This document shows, piece by piece, positions 1-9,930 of a stretch of 19,994 nucleotides of DNA. The stretch's first letter is position 1. Each line of letters begins with the position of its first letter. This DNA comes from a virus, in the UHGV virus genome UHGV-0075856; one strand, 5' to 3'. The notes below the pieces were generated by a model, which did not search any database, was not told where the DNA came from, and saw nothing but the letters and a program-made list of their open reading frames with translations. Both the position numbers and the translations under genes were made by a program.

Positions 1-110
1 CATCGGGCATTATCTGAACATAAAACACTATCAATAAGTTGGAGTCATTACCCCACCTACACTGATTACCCCCCAGACAACAATATTCCTACTCAATGAA
101 CAAATGACTA

Positions 111-718
<608 letters not shown>

Positions 719-728
719 GGGGGCTGAT

Positions 729-1340
729 ATGGGGCTTAATGTTGCTTCAGTAAAGTCTTATGTATCTTCGGCATTAACGACGACATTATTTGGCTCCGGC
801 GTTGGTGAGCGGGAAGTTGGTAAGCTGACGTCAATCATCATGAACAAAATGCTGTTCGCGCAAGGATGGCAGTTCTCTGTCGAAGTTGATGGACTGGAGG
901 GAGCAGACTTCTTTGCCAAAGATATTACCTACCACGATTACAGCATCGAATATGAAACGATTAAAATCGGCGGAGGGAATATCCTTCAACCAACGGAGCG
1001 TTCGCCAGGGCAGATAACAATGATGGTCAGGGATACCGTTGATGGCCTCGTTTTGGACTGGTTTAAGACGGCAAAAAGTCGGGTGATTAATCCAGACGGT
1101 ACCGGGAATATACCGTCTAAATATTTGCTCAATGTGCGTATTTATCGGTTGCTGTCTTCCGGCTTAACCAAACTGGAAAATGAGATGACTGTATTCCCGG
1201 TCACTACCGGCGATGTCACCTATGCGCGGGATCAGGTTACGGAATTTAAGTCATTCCCAATGACCTTCGCATTGCACAGCACGTTTAACCAATCCTCAAG
1301 TTCTTTGGCTTCCCTTCTGGGCTTTAGTTTTTCTCTTTGA
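729..1340 (+). CDS. Hypothetical phage virion-module protein (203 aa), function unassigned
   Basis: ORF begins 11 nt after the previous stop with GAGGGGG upstream; same operon orientation. Ser/Leu-rich C-terminus. No recognisable motif. Confidence 0.5.
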   Translation: MGLNVASVKSYVSSALTTTLFGSGVGEREVGKLTSIIMNKMLFAQGWQFSVEVDGLEGADFFAKDITYHDYSIEYETIKIGGGNILQPTERSPGQITMMVRDTVDGLVLDWFKTAKSRVINPDGTGNIPSKYLLNVRIYRLLSSGLTKLENEMTVFPVTTGDVTYARDQVTEFKSFPMTFALHSTFNQSSSSLASLLGFSFSL

Positions 1341-1354
1341 ATTAAGGAGCAAGG

Positions 1355-2236
1355 ATGCTTTTACCCCTTTTCCCGCTACCATCGCGGCCAACTGAATTGA
1401 TCCAGTTCCGTCAGCCAAATATTGCTGATGCGATGCGTTTCAACTCGATAACACCGGAGGAACAAGAACAACAGACAACGGCGTATTTAAAAGCCTTGCT
1501 GGCTGAACCCGCGAAACATGATCCCCTGACATGGACGGCGCAGGACCGGATTACCGCGTTATGGTGGATATTTACCGGCTCCCGTGAAACACCGGTCGAG
1601 ACATTCACTTACACCTGTAAACATTGCGGTAAAGAGCATTATTACGATTGCGATATGAATGCTCTGGCTGAAGATATCCAGGTCCTGGAAGTGGAACCTT
1701 TCATTGACGATATTGAGGTGTCTGTAGAGGGAGTACCTTATCAATGGCGTATCGTGCCGCTTGATGGTTGGGCAATGGAAATGCTGGAGATGCGCCGTGC
1801 AGCATTGCCACCTGAAGACGACGCGGAATTCAAAGAAGCGATCGTTGATTTGCGTTTTTGGGAATTCGCTTATCAGTGTGAGCTTTATAACGATGTTAGC
1901 GGTACTCGTGAAGATCAGGCTGAGCGTCGTTATGAAACGATTAAACGGATGGCCATTGATACTGAATTTATGAAGCTGGCGGCACACATCCGACTGGCTC
2001 ATGAAAAGCTCGAACATGGTTTACCGTGCTACATCGATAAAGGTGAAATGCGTCTTCGTCTCCCGCCGCATAAATGCCCAAATCAGGATAAAAAGGAGTC
2101 CACAGAGGGTGCGTATACCCGTCTGTGGGTGCCCTTTCGGGCTACCGACTTCATTCCACAGGTGGGGATTGAAAAGCTATCAGACCTTAGTGTCCAACCT
2201 GGTTTTGTATGGGGGTATACCGATTCAGGACGCTGA
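1355..2236 (+). CDS. Hypothetical protein (293 aa) with a Cys cluster (C-x2-C-x8-C near residue 88), immediately upstream of the tape-measure gene; possible tail assembly/chaperone-type protein
   Basis: ORF with AAGGAG RBS at 1344-1349. Motif TYTCKHCGKEHYYDCD at about 1611-1660. Position directly 5' of the tape-measure gene is where tail assembly chaperones usually sit, but 293 aa is large for that role. Confidence 0.45.
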   Translation: MLLPLFPLPSRPTELIQFRQPNIADAMRFNSITPEEQEQQTTAYLKALLAEPAKHDPLTWTAQDRITALWWIFTGSRETPVETFTYTCKHCGKEHYYDCDMNALAEDIQVLEVEPFIDDIEVSVEGVPYQWRIVPLDGWAMEMLEMRRAALPPEDDAEFKEAIVDLRFWEFAYQCELYNDVSGTREDQAERRYETIKRMAIDTEFMKLAAHIRLAHEKLEHGLPCYIDKGEMRLRLPPHKCPNQDKKESTEGAYTRLWVPFRATDFIPQVGIEKLSDLSVQPGFVWGYTDSGR

Positions 2237-2317
2237 AAGGCTTACTGAATCCTATGCGTTTTTCCTGTTGGAGAAACTGGAAGAAAAACTTAAACCGAAA
2301 CGGTAGGCGATAAGATC

Positions 2318-5300
2318 ATGGAAAGAAAAAACGCCAACATTGACGATGTTATAAGGACAGTTGAAACCGCCAGTGCAAAAGAGCTGGAAGAGCTTGCAGG
2401 TATCCGGGAAGCTGTTGAAGATTTGAAAGGGGGACGCGTTGCAACTGTTGATCCTGTCTCTCGCAGTGTGTCGGCATTAAATCGCACAATCGAAAATTCC
2501 CGGCCAGACTTTGTGGCCAATGCGCCATCAGTGGACCCTATTGTTGAGGCAATGAAACGGCTTAATTTAGGGGACGTTTCTCGTGTAGTTCAGGAAGATG
2601 TTGCTCAACAGGAACAGCGGGCCAAATCAACCACACCAAAGGGTAAAAAACGACGCAGGAAGGCTATACCAGAGGATGTAAAGGCACAACGGACCGAAGC
2701 AGCCGAACACGCTCGCGAAATGTTCGGTCAAAAAGGCGGTGCGCAAAAAAGCCAAAACCAACGCGATGCGCGTGGTCGTTTTATTGGAAAGTCAGGGAGT
2801 AAGGCCGCAGCGGAAGATGCCCGTGCTGAACGAGCAGAAAAGGCCAGGCGAAAAGAGGATGATGAGCGTCTAAATGCTGAATCAGGTTTATTAAAAAAAC
2901 TGTCAAAAGTAGCTGAAGGCATAGGTAACCCTTCAGAGACTCGTGCTGTCGATGCGTTAGGTTATGCCGTTGCAGGTCCATTGTGGGCAGCAGGGAAGGA
3001 GCTTGGCGGGATATCAAAAGAAGTTGGCGGATCGCTTAATGGTGCCAGAAAGTCTATTGCCGATGTGATTCGTGGCAATGACGATAACAGCCGTAGAAAA
3101 GGTTTTTTTAGGCGTAAATCGCAAAATAGTGCCGATGTCGTTCAGGTTAACACCCAAAAACGGACGGTTCAGGAACTTCAGGAGCAGACCAGCGAAATTA
3201 AAGAGGGCAATGACAAGATTCTCAGCGCCCTTGATCAGATAGCCAAAAACACCGGGAAAAAGAAGGGCGGCTTGCTGTCCAAACTATTTAGCCTGTTAGG
3301 GAAGGGGGCCGGTGGCGTCGCGTCGTTGTTAATGGGGCGTGGCATGCTGAAAAAAGCTGGAGCACTCGCTTTTGGCGCTCTGGGGGCAAAGAAACTTGTA
3401 GGAATGCTACGCGGTGGTGGTAAGAAGACTCTCGCCCATGAAGGCGGAGATTTGGCTGCCCGGGCAGCAGGTAAACTTGGATTAAAGGCAGTTGGTAAAG
3501 GGGCGTTACGCGCAATTCCCCTAGTCGGCACAGTGGTTGGAGGTATTTATGATGCGGTAACCGGTTGGAATGATACAGAAGCGCAACGTCGAGCGTTTGG
3601 GCTTAAATCAGGACAAGATCCATCATTCCAGCAAAAAGCCGCTTATACGTTAGCTAATATTCTTGATATGGGGGGACTGGTATCTGGTATTAGCAGCGCC
3701 ATTGGTGAGGTTCTCAAATCACTTGGATTTGAGGATATCGGCAATATGTTGCAATCATTTTCGACGGAAAGTATTGCCCATGCCATTGATAGTGGGATTA
3801 CCAACTTAGAAACATATATTTCTAACCTTGGCGACACCATTTCTACCAAGTTCGATGATTACACAGCAAAGATTGGTGATGCTGTTTCAGCATGGTTTAG
3901 CGATACATCTAATAAGCTGCTTGAAAAGCTGGATGCCATCAAAGACTTCTTTACTGTCGATAACCTGAAACAGGTTTTCAGTGATGCAATTGATAGTGCA
4001 ATTGATTTCATTAAGAACCCAGGGAAACACATTAAAGAGGCGGCTGGTAATATTTGGGATGGGGTTAAAAATTTACCAGGTAAAGCATTAGATGCAGCGG
4101 TTGATGCCGTTAAAAATACCCCTGCGGCAATGATTGTATCAAAAATACCCAATCCGATCGGCGAGGCTAATGCGAAAGAAATCACTCCAGAGTTAAAAGC
4201 TCCGGTTAATAGCCACCAGGAGACATCTGATTCTAAAACTGAATCCGATGCCAAACAGACTAATATTGTTACCCGCGTGATAAATGCGGCACTGGACACG
4301 GCGAAAGATAGCAATAAAACAGTTAAAGAAACTGCTAATCAGATTATCAATGCAAATGCCGTAGAAACGGGCAATAGCGCGTTGCAGAAAATTGATAAAG
4401 CTATTGGTCAAAATAGCTCGTCATCATCGTCGCTTAATACCACTGGCACCAGGAATGACATTCAGAAAGCTGCGGATACCTACAACAATGGCAACTTGGA
4501 TGTAAAAGTCGGAAGTCTTGGCGCTGAAGGTAAGGCAAATCTCGATAAGTTGGCTCCGTATTTTGCCGAACTAGAGAATAAATACGGTCTTCCAGAAGGC
4601 ACTCTTTACGCGATTGCTGCAACTGAATCTGGTGGTAATCCGTATGCAAAATCCCAAACCGGTGCTCTGGGGATGTTTCAGTTCACGGGGATTGCTCGTG
4701 AAGAGACTGGCTTAGCTGAAGGTGAATCGTTTGATCCTGTGAAATCGGCAGAAGCTGCGGCTCTTCTCATGAGCAAATATCTGAAGCAAGCCAATGGAGA
4801 CTTAAACGAGGCCATCACTGCATATAATGCTGGGTTTGGCACTATCAATAAGTGGAAAAAAGGCACAGGTGACTTATCGAAAGAAAACCGTGAGTACGCG
4901 ATCAAGGTCAATACTCATCGTGCTCGCTATTTAGGTGGTGAAATCTATACACCTGGAGCAGGAGCACAGGGTGGGGCGCAATATGGAGTGAGGGGACCAC
5001 TGCCTGATAACGCTGTTATCGATCAGTCTACTGGCCTGGCGTTTACCCCTGGTGATAGCCCGTTTGAGAAAGGCGGTCTGGTAGACAAAATTGGCAATGC
5101 TGTTGGCGTTAACGATCTGGTCAACAAATTCATGAATGGCCGGGGTATGCGTCGGGAAGTCGTTCAGGGAACGCTCGAAGAACGTGCACGAGGGAAGGGG
5201 ACCGCAACAGCAGCTGGCAATGTGTATGTTGATACTCCGATGCCAGTTGAAGAGGCGCGTCCGGTGGCCAGCAACTCAAGTTACTTTGACCAACTCGGCG

Positions 5301-5710
5301 CACAAATGGGGATTGATGGGCTATTTGATAAACTCCGCAACTCGCCGGGGATGCGGAAAAATAATGCGCCTGAACCAGCCTCCACGTCCCAGGTGACGAC
5401 TGCCGCCAACGATTTGCAGCAACCAACCGGTCGTATGCAGATAGACGGACAGGTTATTAGTGACCTTGGCGGCTCCGGTGCCAAGCCGACAATGCAGTTG
5501 GCTGATAATACCGTTTCACTTGATGGTGAAACGAAGCGGCTGTTTGCGCAGATGACCTCATTGCTTGCCAGGATTGAAGAGCACACTAAAGACTCGGCGA
5601 AAGGCCAGGGAACTGTCGTAAAGGTCAGCACGCCTCAACCGGGCGTTATGCGCACGGTGCCACTGTCAATTGATGATCCGTTGATGAATGACTACGCGAG
5701 AGTTGATTGA
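2318..5710 (+). CDS. sit: Tail tape-measure / injection protein with internal lytic transglycosylase (SLT-like) domain; P1 Sit-like (1130 aa)
   Basis: 1130-aa ORF. N-terminal Lys/Arg/Glu-rich region, Gly-rich hydrophobic segment (about 3235-3540), then an SLT-like motif (GTLYAIAATESGGNPYAKSQTGALGMFQF ... AITAYNAGFG, about 4590-4850). Size and architecture match my recollection of P1 Sit (about 1140 aa); the symbol is by recollection only. Confidence 0.7.
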   Translation: MERKNANIDDVIRTVETASAKELEELAGIREAVEDLKGGRVATVDPVSRSVSALNRTIENSRPDFVANAPSVDPIVEAMKRLNLGDVSRVVQEDVAQQEQRAKSTTPKGKKRRRKAIPEDVKAQRTEAAEHAREMFGQKGGAQKSQNQRDARGRFIGKSGSKAAAEDARAERAEKARRKEDDERLNAESGLLKKLSKVAEGIGNPSETRAVDALGYAVAGPLWAAGKELGGISKEVGGSLNGARKSIADVIRGNDDNSRRKGFFRRKSQNSADVVQVNTQKRTVQELQEQTSEIKEGNDKILSALDQIAKNTGKKKGGLLSKLFSLLGKGAGGVASLLMGRGMLKKAGALAFGALGAKKLVGMLRGGGKKTLAHEGGDLAARAAGKLGLKAVGKGALRAIPLVGTVVGGIYDAVTGWNDTEAQRRAFGLKSGQDPSFQQKAAYTLANILDMGGLVSGISSAIGEVLKSLGFEDIGNMLQSFSTESIAHAIDSGITNLETYISNLGDTISTKFDDYTAKIGDAVSAWFSDTSNKLLEKLDAIKDFFTVDNLKQVFSDAIDSAIDFIKNPGKHIKEAAGNIWDGVKNLPGKALDAAVDAVKNTPAAMIVSKIPNPIGEANAKEITPELKAPVNSHQETSDSKTESDAKQTNIVTRVINAALDTAKDSNKTVKETANQIINANAVETGNSALQKIDKAIGQNSSSSSSLNTTGTRNDIQKAADTYNNGNLDVKVGSLGAEGKANLDKLAPYFAELENKYGLPEGTLYAIAATESGGNPYAKSQTGALGMFQFTGIAREETGLAEGESFDPVKSAEAAALLMSKYLKQANGDLNEAITAYNAGFGTINKWKKGTGDLSKENREYAIKVNTHRARYLGGEIYTPGAGAQGGAQYGVRGPLPDNAVIDQSTGLAFTPGDSPFEKGGLVDKIGNAVGVNDLVNKFMNGRGMRREVVQGTLEERARGKGTATAAGNVYVDTPMPVEEARPVASNSSYFDQLGAQMGIDGLFDKLRNSPGMRKNNAPEPASTSQVTTAANDLQQPTGRMQIDGQVISDLGGSGAKPTMQLADNTVSLDGETKRLFAQMTSLLARIEEHTKDSAKGQGTVVKVSTPQPGVMRTVPLSIDDPLMNDYARVD

Positions 5711-6066
5711 TGGCCAACAATAATGAAATTGATCCTTTACTGACGCTGGAGTTATCCGGCGTAAAAACGTATGAGTCCCAGGAGGAGGCCTGGGGCGCTC
5801 GTTTATATGAGTGGCTAAACACTTATCAGGGTGAGGTATACGGAGATCCGTCATGGGGCAATGTTTTACCGCAGTTTAAACACGAACCGACCAACTTGTC
5901 GCATGTTCAAATTGCGGTTGAGGCAATGCTGTTGCAAAAACTGACGGTAGATTTACCTGACATACCGATTTCTGGCTTGTCAGTAGCCGAGGGAGATGCT
6001 TTTGATAAGTTGAAAATATCCATTCGTATCAGGGATATAACTATCACACAGGACGTGGTGCTATGA
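5707..6066 (+). CDS. Small baseplate protein, gp25/GpW-like wedge candidate (119 aa)
   Basis: Start overlaps the tape-measure stop (ATGA), implying translational coupling. Size and position right after the tape measure, plus a G-E-x-x-G...EP pattern (YQGEVYGDPSWG...HEPT), fit gp25/W-like proteins. Motif match is weak. Confidence 0.4.
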   Translation: MMANNNEIDPLLTLELSGVKTYESQEEAWGARLYEWLNTYQGEVYGDPSWGNVLPQFKHEPTNLSHVQIAVEAMLLQKLTVDLPDIPISGLSVAEGDAFDKLKISIRIRDITITQDVVL

Positions 6067-7496
6067 GTAAAACAACACCGACTAAAGACAGTATTCGTGC
6101 AGAGTTTGAAGAGCTTGTCGAGAAAGATTCATTCTGGTCGAAGTTTGTCGGCTCTCAATTTGTCTCGATGCTGACATTGTTTATTACCCAGATTGTCTAC
6201 AGGTGCTTTCAGTATGCCGATGCGGCGCTGGCTGAAGGCTTTATATCGACCGCGACGCGGCGTTCCTCTATCCTGGCAGCGGCAGAAACGAATAGTTACG
6301 TTGGTACCAAGCCAACACCGTCATCGGGGATGATTGAGATCACCGCCACAAGTGAAGATGCCCCAGCGGTAATCCCCAAAAACATGCCTTTAATATCTGA
6401 CGACCAGTACCCTTACATGACTATGGATGTATGCAGGTTGGTTGACGGCACCGGTACGGTAGAAGTGGCACAGTTGGAAATCCAGGAGGTGACATATACC
6501 GTTACGGCAGCCAAAGAATTTCTGGAAGTCGTGTTATCAAAGGCTCTCACTGCTGTCTGCTGTAAGCTGGAAGTATTCGTGACGACCGATGGTAAGACCA
6601 CGCAGTGGTCTTCCAGCACTATGTTCCGGTTAGCCGGTAGTAAAAGCCAGGTCTACGTTGAGTTTTATAAGCCATCCGAGCAGTTGGGGGTTCGATTCGG
6701 TGATGGGCTAATTGGGCAAATACCGCCAGAAGGCTCGACCATTACACTTAAGGTATGGTGCACCAACGGAGATATAACCCTGGTTGCTGGCCAAAACCTG
6801 ACTCCTGTCGATTCTGCGGCTAATTTAGCTAATTTGATTTCAGTTAAGACAACGACACCCATAACCGCAGGTACCGATGCCGAAACAACGGAGATCACAC
6901 GTAATCGTGCACAATATTACCTTGCCTATGATGATCAGGTCGTATGGGGCGGGGACTATACGTATTTTCTGGTGCGTAACATCCCGGGACTGTCCTGGGT
7001 AAAGGCATGGGGCGAAGGCCAGCAAGAGAAATTAGATGGTGCTTATAATGTTCGGAATATCAATAAGATATTTATTTCAGGATGGCATCCAAACAAAAGC
7101 CAGTCAGAGCTTGAAGAAATGATCCTGGCTGCCTTTAAGAAGGTGCCGAATGAGTTGAACAAGAAATTCTCGTATAAAGAGGTCAGAAAACTCCCCTTTA
7201 AGATCACCATCACTGGGCGGATATCGGCAAGCCTGACCATTGAGAACGTGACTGATGAGCTGAAGTCGGCACTGGAAACAAAATTTGGGCGTGACTCAAC
7301 TTTCTTTGATCCGAACCGTGTCGGCAAGTACATCCTAATCAAGAAAAAAGACGTTTGGGCATTTATCGAAACGCTGGGTTATTTCCGCGACTTTTATCTG
7401 GAATTTGTCGAGTGGAATGAGTCCAACGGCTTTTACGATTTCGTTTATCTGGATACAGAAAACTCCACCTTTAATATTTCGTATGAGGAGGAGTGA
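6063..7496 (+). CDS. Baseplate structural protein (477 aa), J/gp6-like candidate
   Basis: ORF start overlaps the upstream stop; assignment is from position in the baseplate block only. Confidence 0.4.
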   Translation: MSKTTPTKDSIRAEFEELVEKDSFWSKFVGSQFVSMLTLFITQIVYRCFQYADAALAEGFISTATRRSSILAAAETNSYVGTKPTPSSGMIEITATSEDAPAVIPKNMPLISDDQYPYMTMDVCRLVDGTGTVEVAQLEIQEVTYTVTAAKEFLEVVLSKALTAVCCKLEVFVTTDGKTTQWSSSTMFRLAGSKSQVYVEFYKPSEQLGVRFGDGLIGQIPPEGSTITLKVWCTNGDITLVAGQNLTPVDSAANLANLISVKTTTPITAGTDAETTEITRNRAQYYLAYDDQVVWGGDYTYFLVRNIPGLSWVKAWGEGQQEKLDGAYNVRNINKIFISGWHPNKSQSELEEMILAAFKKVPNELNKKFSYKEVRKLPFKITITGRISASLTIENVTDELKSALETKFGRDSTFFDPNRVGKYILIKKKDVWAFIETLGYFRDFYLEFVEWNESNGFYDFVYLDTENSTFNISYEEE

Positions 7497-8332
7497 TGCA
7501 GCGTTCCTGGTTTAATAACCGGCTTACATCAGCTAAGCAAAAGTCATTACTTTATAAATCATTGGCTGATTTGGTTCAGTCAATGATGGACACCTTTGTT
7601 GACCCATGGTTGGAGCGAATTACCAACCGGAAGTCTATTTTCTCCATGAGCAAGGAGGATCTGGAGACTAGGACAAATGAACTTGGCCAGTTTTTTACTA
7701 TCAGGACGTCGAATTCATCTTCCGTTCCGATGTTGTTACAACAGCGGTTTGATGAGATCCATTTTAAGGGTACTGAACGCCCTATAAACCAGACAATTTA
7801 TCGCGAATTTAACGGTATATCGGTTTTATGGGATCCCATATATGCTCCGGTGGACTTTGAACGTCATCCCTATGGCACGGTCCTGATTCCAGAAAGCACA
7901 CTGGAAACCACCGGCGGCACATTCGGCGAGATGTTTCTGACTTCCAGAGGAATGATCAGTATTCCCATAAACGACCTGGCCCGGACAATGGGTATTACTG
8001 GAACGATAGATCAGTCCGCAATTACAGAAGAAATTCTCAGAAAGTTTAATCAGTTCGTAAAGCCTCTACTGCCACTGCATATAGTGTTTGATGGGCTTAC
8101 GCTCTATTTGTCGGTTGTTGTAAATGAACAGGCCGACATGATTACTTTGAATGAGATTTCTGATACCGAAAAAGCATTCTGCTGGTTTGAAACTTCGGAT
8201 ACAACTTCGCTTACTGAAGTTACGTCGATTAACGCCCCGATCACTGCAACGCCGGGCGGCACTATTGTGAAAGCAACGCCTACGTTTGATCGCACCCGCG
8301 CAGATGATTTGCTGTTGGATAGCGATGCGTGA
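7493..8332 (+). CDS. Baseplate/tail structural protein (279 aa); likely true start is the ATG at 7496
   Basis: GAGGAGGAG RBS directly upstream of the ATG at 7496; overlaps the end of the previous gene. Function by position only. Confidence 0.4.
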   Translation: MMQRSWFNNRLTSAKQKSLLYKSLADLVQSMMDTFVDPWLERITNRKSIFSMSKEDLETRTNELGQFFTIRTSNSSSVPMLLQQRFDEIHFKGTERPINQTIYREFNGISVLWDPIYAPVDFERHPYGTVLIPESTLETTGGTFGEMFLTSRGMISIPINDLARTMGITGTIDQSAITEEILRKFNQFVKPLLPLHIVFDGLTLYLSVVVNEQADMITLNEISDTEKAFCWFETSDTTSLTEVTSINAPITATPGGTIVKATPTFDRTRADDLLLDSDA

Positions 8333-8335
8333 CAA

Positions 8336-8360
8336 TCACCCCGTCCGCAGGGCGGGGTGA
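8336..8360 (+). terminator. GC-rich stem-loop (TCACCCCGTCC-GCAG-GGCGGGGTGA) 4 nt after the stop at 8332; attenuator/terminator candidate
   Basis: Inverted repeat read directly. The following sequence is only moderately T-rich (CAAGTTACTTATCTTAC), so intrinsic terminator function is uncertain. Confidence 0.35.
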
Positions 8361-8410
8361 CAAGTTACTTATCTTACAATGAGGCTTCACAACATTGATT
8401 AGGGAAAATC

Positions 8411-8845
8411 ATGTCTGACGTCTCAACAAACCTCTATAAGAGTCAGTTGTTGGACTATTACTATCAGCGGCGCGCTGAATCGTCCATTAACAAAGGCTCT
8501 CGATTTTTAATCAGCAAGGCCGTTTTTGGTACCAGTTCACTGGTTACTAAGAAAGGAGATGGCACTTATGAGATTGGAGAACTGCCTAAGGCTTTCGATC
8601 TGGCAGAACTGACCAGTCAATTTTGCACCATCAACCTCGTCCCAACCTACTCAGGCGGGATAATTACTGTCCGAATGGACCTTGATCAAAGTCAGTTGCA
8701 GGAAGGGAAAAACTACCCATTCAACACTCTGGTTGTTCTGGATAACGAGAATAAGCCAATCGCCATTATTTGTGTCCAGGAAGACTCGCTGTATGTGGGC
8801 AAAACATATACCGCAGTTATGGCCATAAACTCGACTACAGCATAA
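8411..8845 (+). CDS. Tail-fibre-associated structural protein (144 aa), immediately upstream of the fibre gene
   Basis: ORF with AGGGAAAA RBS. Assigned by position directly 5' of the tail-fibre gene (where P1/Mu R-like genes sit); no motif confirmation. Confidence 0.45.
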   Translation: MSDVSTNLYKSQLLDYYYQRRAESSINKGSRFLISKAVFGTSSLVTKKGDGTYEIGELPKAFDLAELTSQFCTINLVPTYSGGIITVRMDLDQSQLQEGKNYPFNTLVVLDNENKPIAIICVQEDSLYVGKTYTAVMAINSTTA

Positions 8846-8856
8846 GGATATGCTTG

Positions 8857-9930
8857 ATGAATGACGTTACAGTTGTTACATCGGTTACTTACCCATCACC
8901 CGAGTCGTTGGCTCTGGTGGCTGATGTGCAATACCACGAACCATATCTGTCAGCCGCTCTAAACCGAAAATTCAGGGGAATTGTTGACCCGGGATTTTAT
9001 GCTGGTTTCTTGCCTAAGCCTGGCGGTGGGATGAACCTGTTAATCACCTCAGTGGATGGAGATAAAACCGCTGGCGCGGCGTCAGTGGATATTGGTGAAT
9101 TCTACCAGGTAACTATTCAGCATCGTAAGGATATCTCTCTTGCACTTAACGCAGGCAAGAAATATGCAATTGTGCTGAAGGGAAGATACCTTCTTGGAGA
9201 AGATACCTATCAGGTGAATACCGCGTCACATATTCATGCAGCTGAATTTGTTGCCAGAACCTATACCGATTCATATCAGTTAGGTGATGGGGAACTGCTG
9301 GTTTGTACGGTGAATATCCCTGCTGGCGTATCTACCATTACTCAAGAGATGATTGATACATCCGAGCGTATCAACCGCACGATCGGCATTGATATTTCAG
9401 ACTCTGTAACCAGTACCAGAAGTGATGTTGCTGCGAGTTCGCTGGCAGTTAAAAAAGCCTACGATCTGGCGAAAAGCAAGTATACGGCGCAGGATGCAAG
9501 CACAACGCAAAAGGGATTAGTTCAGCTCAGTAGTGCCACTAACAGCACGTCTGAAGTGCTGGCCGCCACACCGAAAGCTGTCAAGGCTGCATATGATTTG
9601 GCTAACGGGAAGTATACAGCCCAGGATGCAACCACGGCTCAAAAAGGGATAGTCCAACTCAGCAGTGCTACCAATAGCACGTCCGAAGTGCTGGCCGCCA
9701 CACCGAAAGCTGTCAAGGCTGCATATGATTTGGCTAATGGAAAGCAAGCGGCAGACGCTACGCTCACTGCTCTAGCGGCACTAGCTACAGCAGCAGATAA
9801 ACTCCCTTATTTCACAGGTGTTGATCGTGCCGCGTTAACTGCATTGACAAGTGTTGGACGCGCCATTCTTGGTAAGACCAGTATTCAGAGCGTTCTTGAT
9901 TACCTTCCATTTCTGCTAAAGCACCCATGA
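8857..9930 (+). CDS. Tail fibre, constant N-terminal/shaft part (Sc); in this orientation it ends prematurely 8 codons after the inversion crossover (…SVLDY-LPFLLKHP*) and lacks a receptor-binding domain
   Basis: ATG at 8857 with AGGA RBS (the track ORF from 8770 overlaps the upstream gene). Contains 2.3 copies of a 44-aa phage fibre repeat (…QKG-VQLSSATNSTSEVLAATPKAVKAAYDLA…). The sequence after 9904 is the antisense of an invertase gene and hits a stop at 9928-9930. Confidence 0.8.
   Translation: MNDVTVVTSVTYPSPESLALVADVQYHEPYLSAALNRKFRGIVDPGFYAGFLPKPGGGMNLLITSVDGDKTAGAASVDIGEFYQVTIQHRKDISLALNAGKKYAIVLKGRYLLGEDTYQVNTASHIHAAEFVARTYTDSYQLGDGELLVCTVNIPAGVSTITQEMIDTSERINRTIGIDISDSVTSTRSDVAASSLAVKKAYDLAKSKYTAQDASTTQKGLVQLSSATNSTSEVLAATPKAVKAAYDLANGKYTAQDATTAQKGIVQLSSATNSTSEVLAATPKAVKAAYDLANGKQAADATLTALAALATAADKLPYFTGVDRAALTALTSVGRAILGKTSIQSVLDYLPFLLKHP
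9449..9745 (+). repeat. Tandem direct repeat, 132-bp unit x about 2.3, near-identical at nucleotide level, encoding the 44-aa fibre-shaft repeat
   Basis: Read directly: units begin at about 9449, 9581 and 9713; GAAGTGCTGGCCGCCACACCGAAAGCTGTCAAGGCTGCATATGATTTGGCTAA recurs at 9553 and 9685. Confidence 0.85.

Noticed and set aside
2001-2236. 101-aa + strand ORF overlapping the end of the 293-aa gene
   Set aside because: Within the overlap its translation is Arg/Cys-rich and junk-like; only the last about 23 codons (after 2236) look protein-like, which I kept as a low-confidence frameshift observation instead.
2290-5631. Numerous 60-150-aa ORFs on the - strand inside the tape-measure gene (e.g. 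3859-4314, 5281-5631)
   Set aside because: All embedded antisense within a long gene with a recognisable domain; no RBS or start context; expected by chance in a 3.4-kb gene.
8770-8856. Upstream extension of the tail-fibre ORF (track start at 8770, MCPGRLAV…)
   Set aside because: Overlaps the 3' end of the upstream gene in another frame; the ATG at 8857 has a proper AGGA RBS and begins right after the upstream stop, so the extension is most likely not translated.
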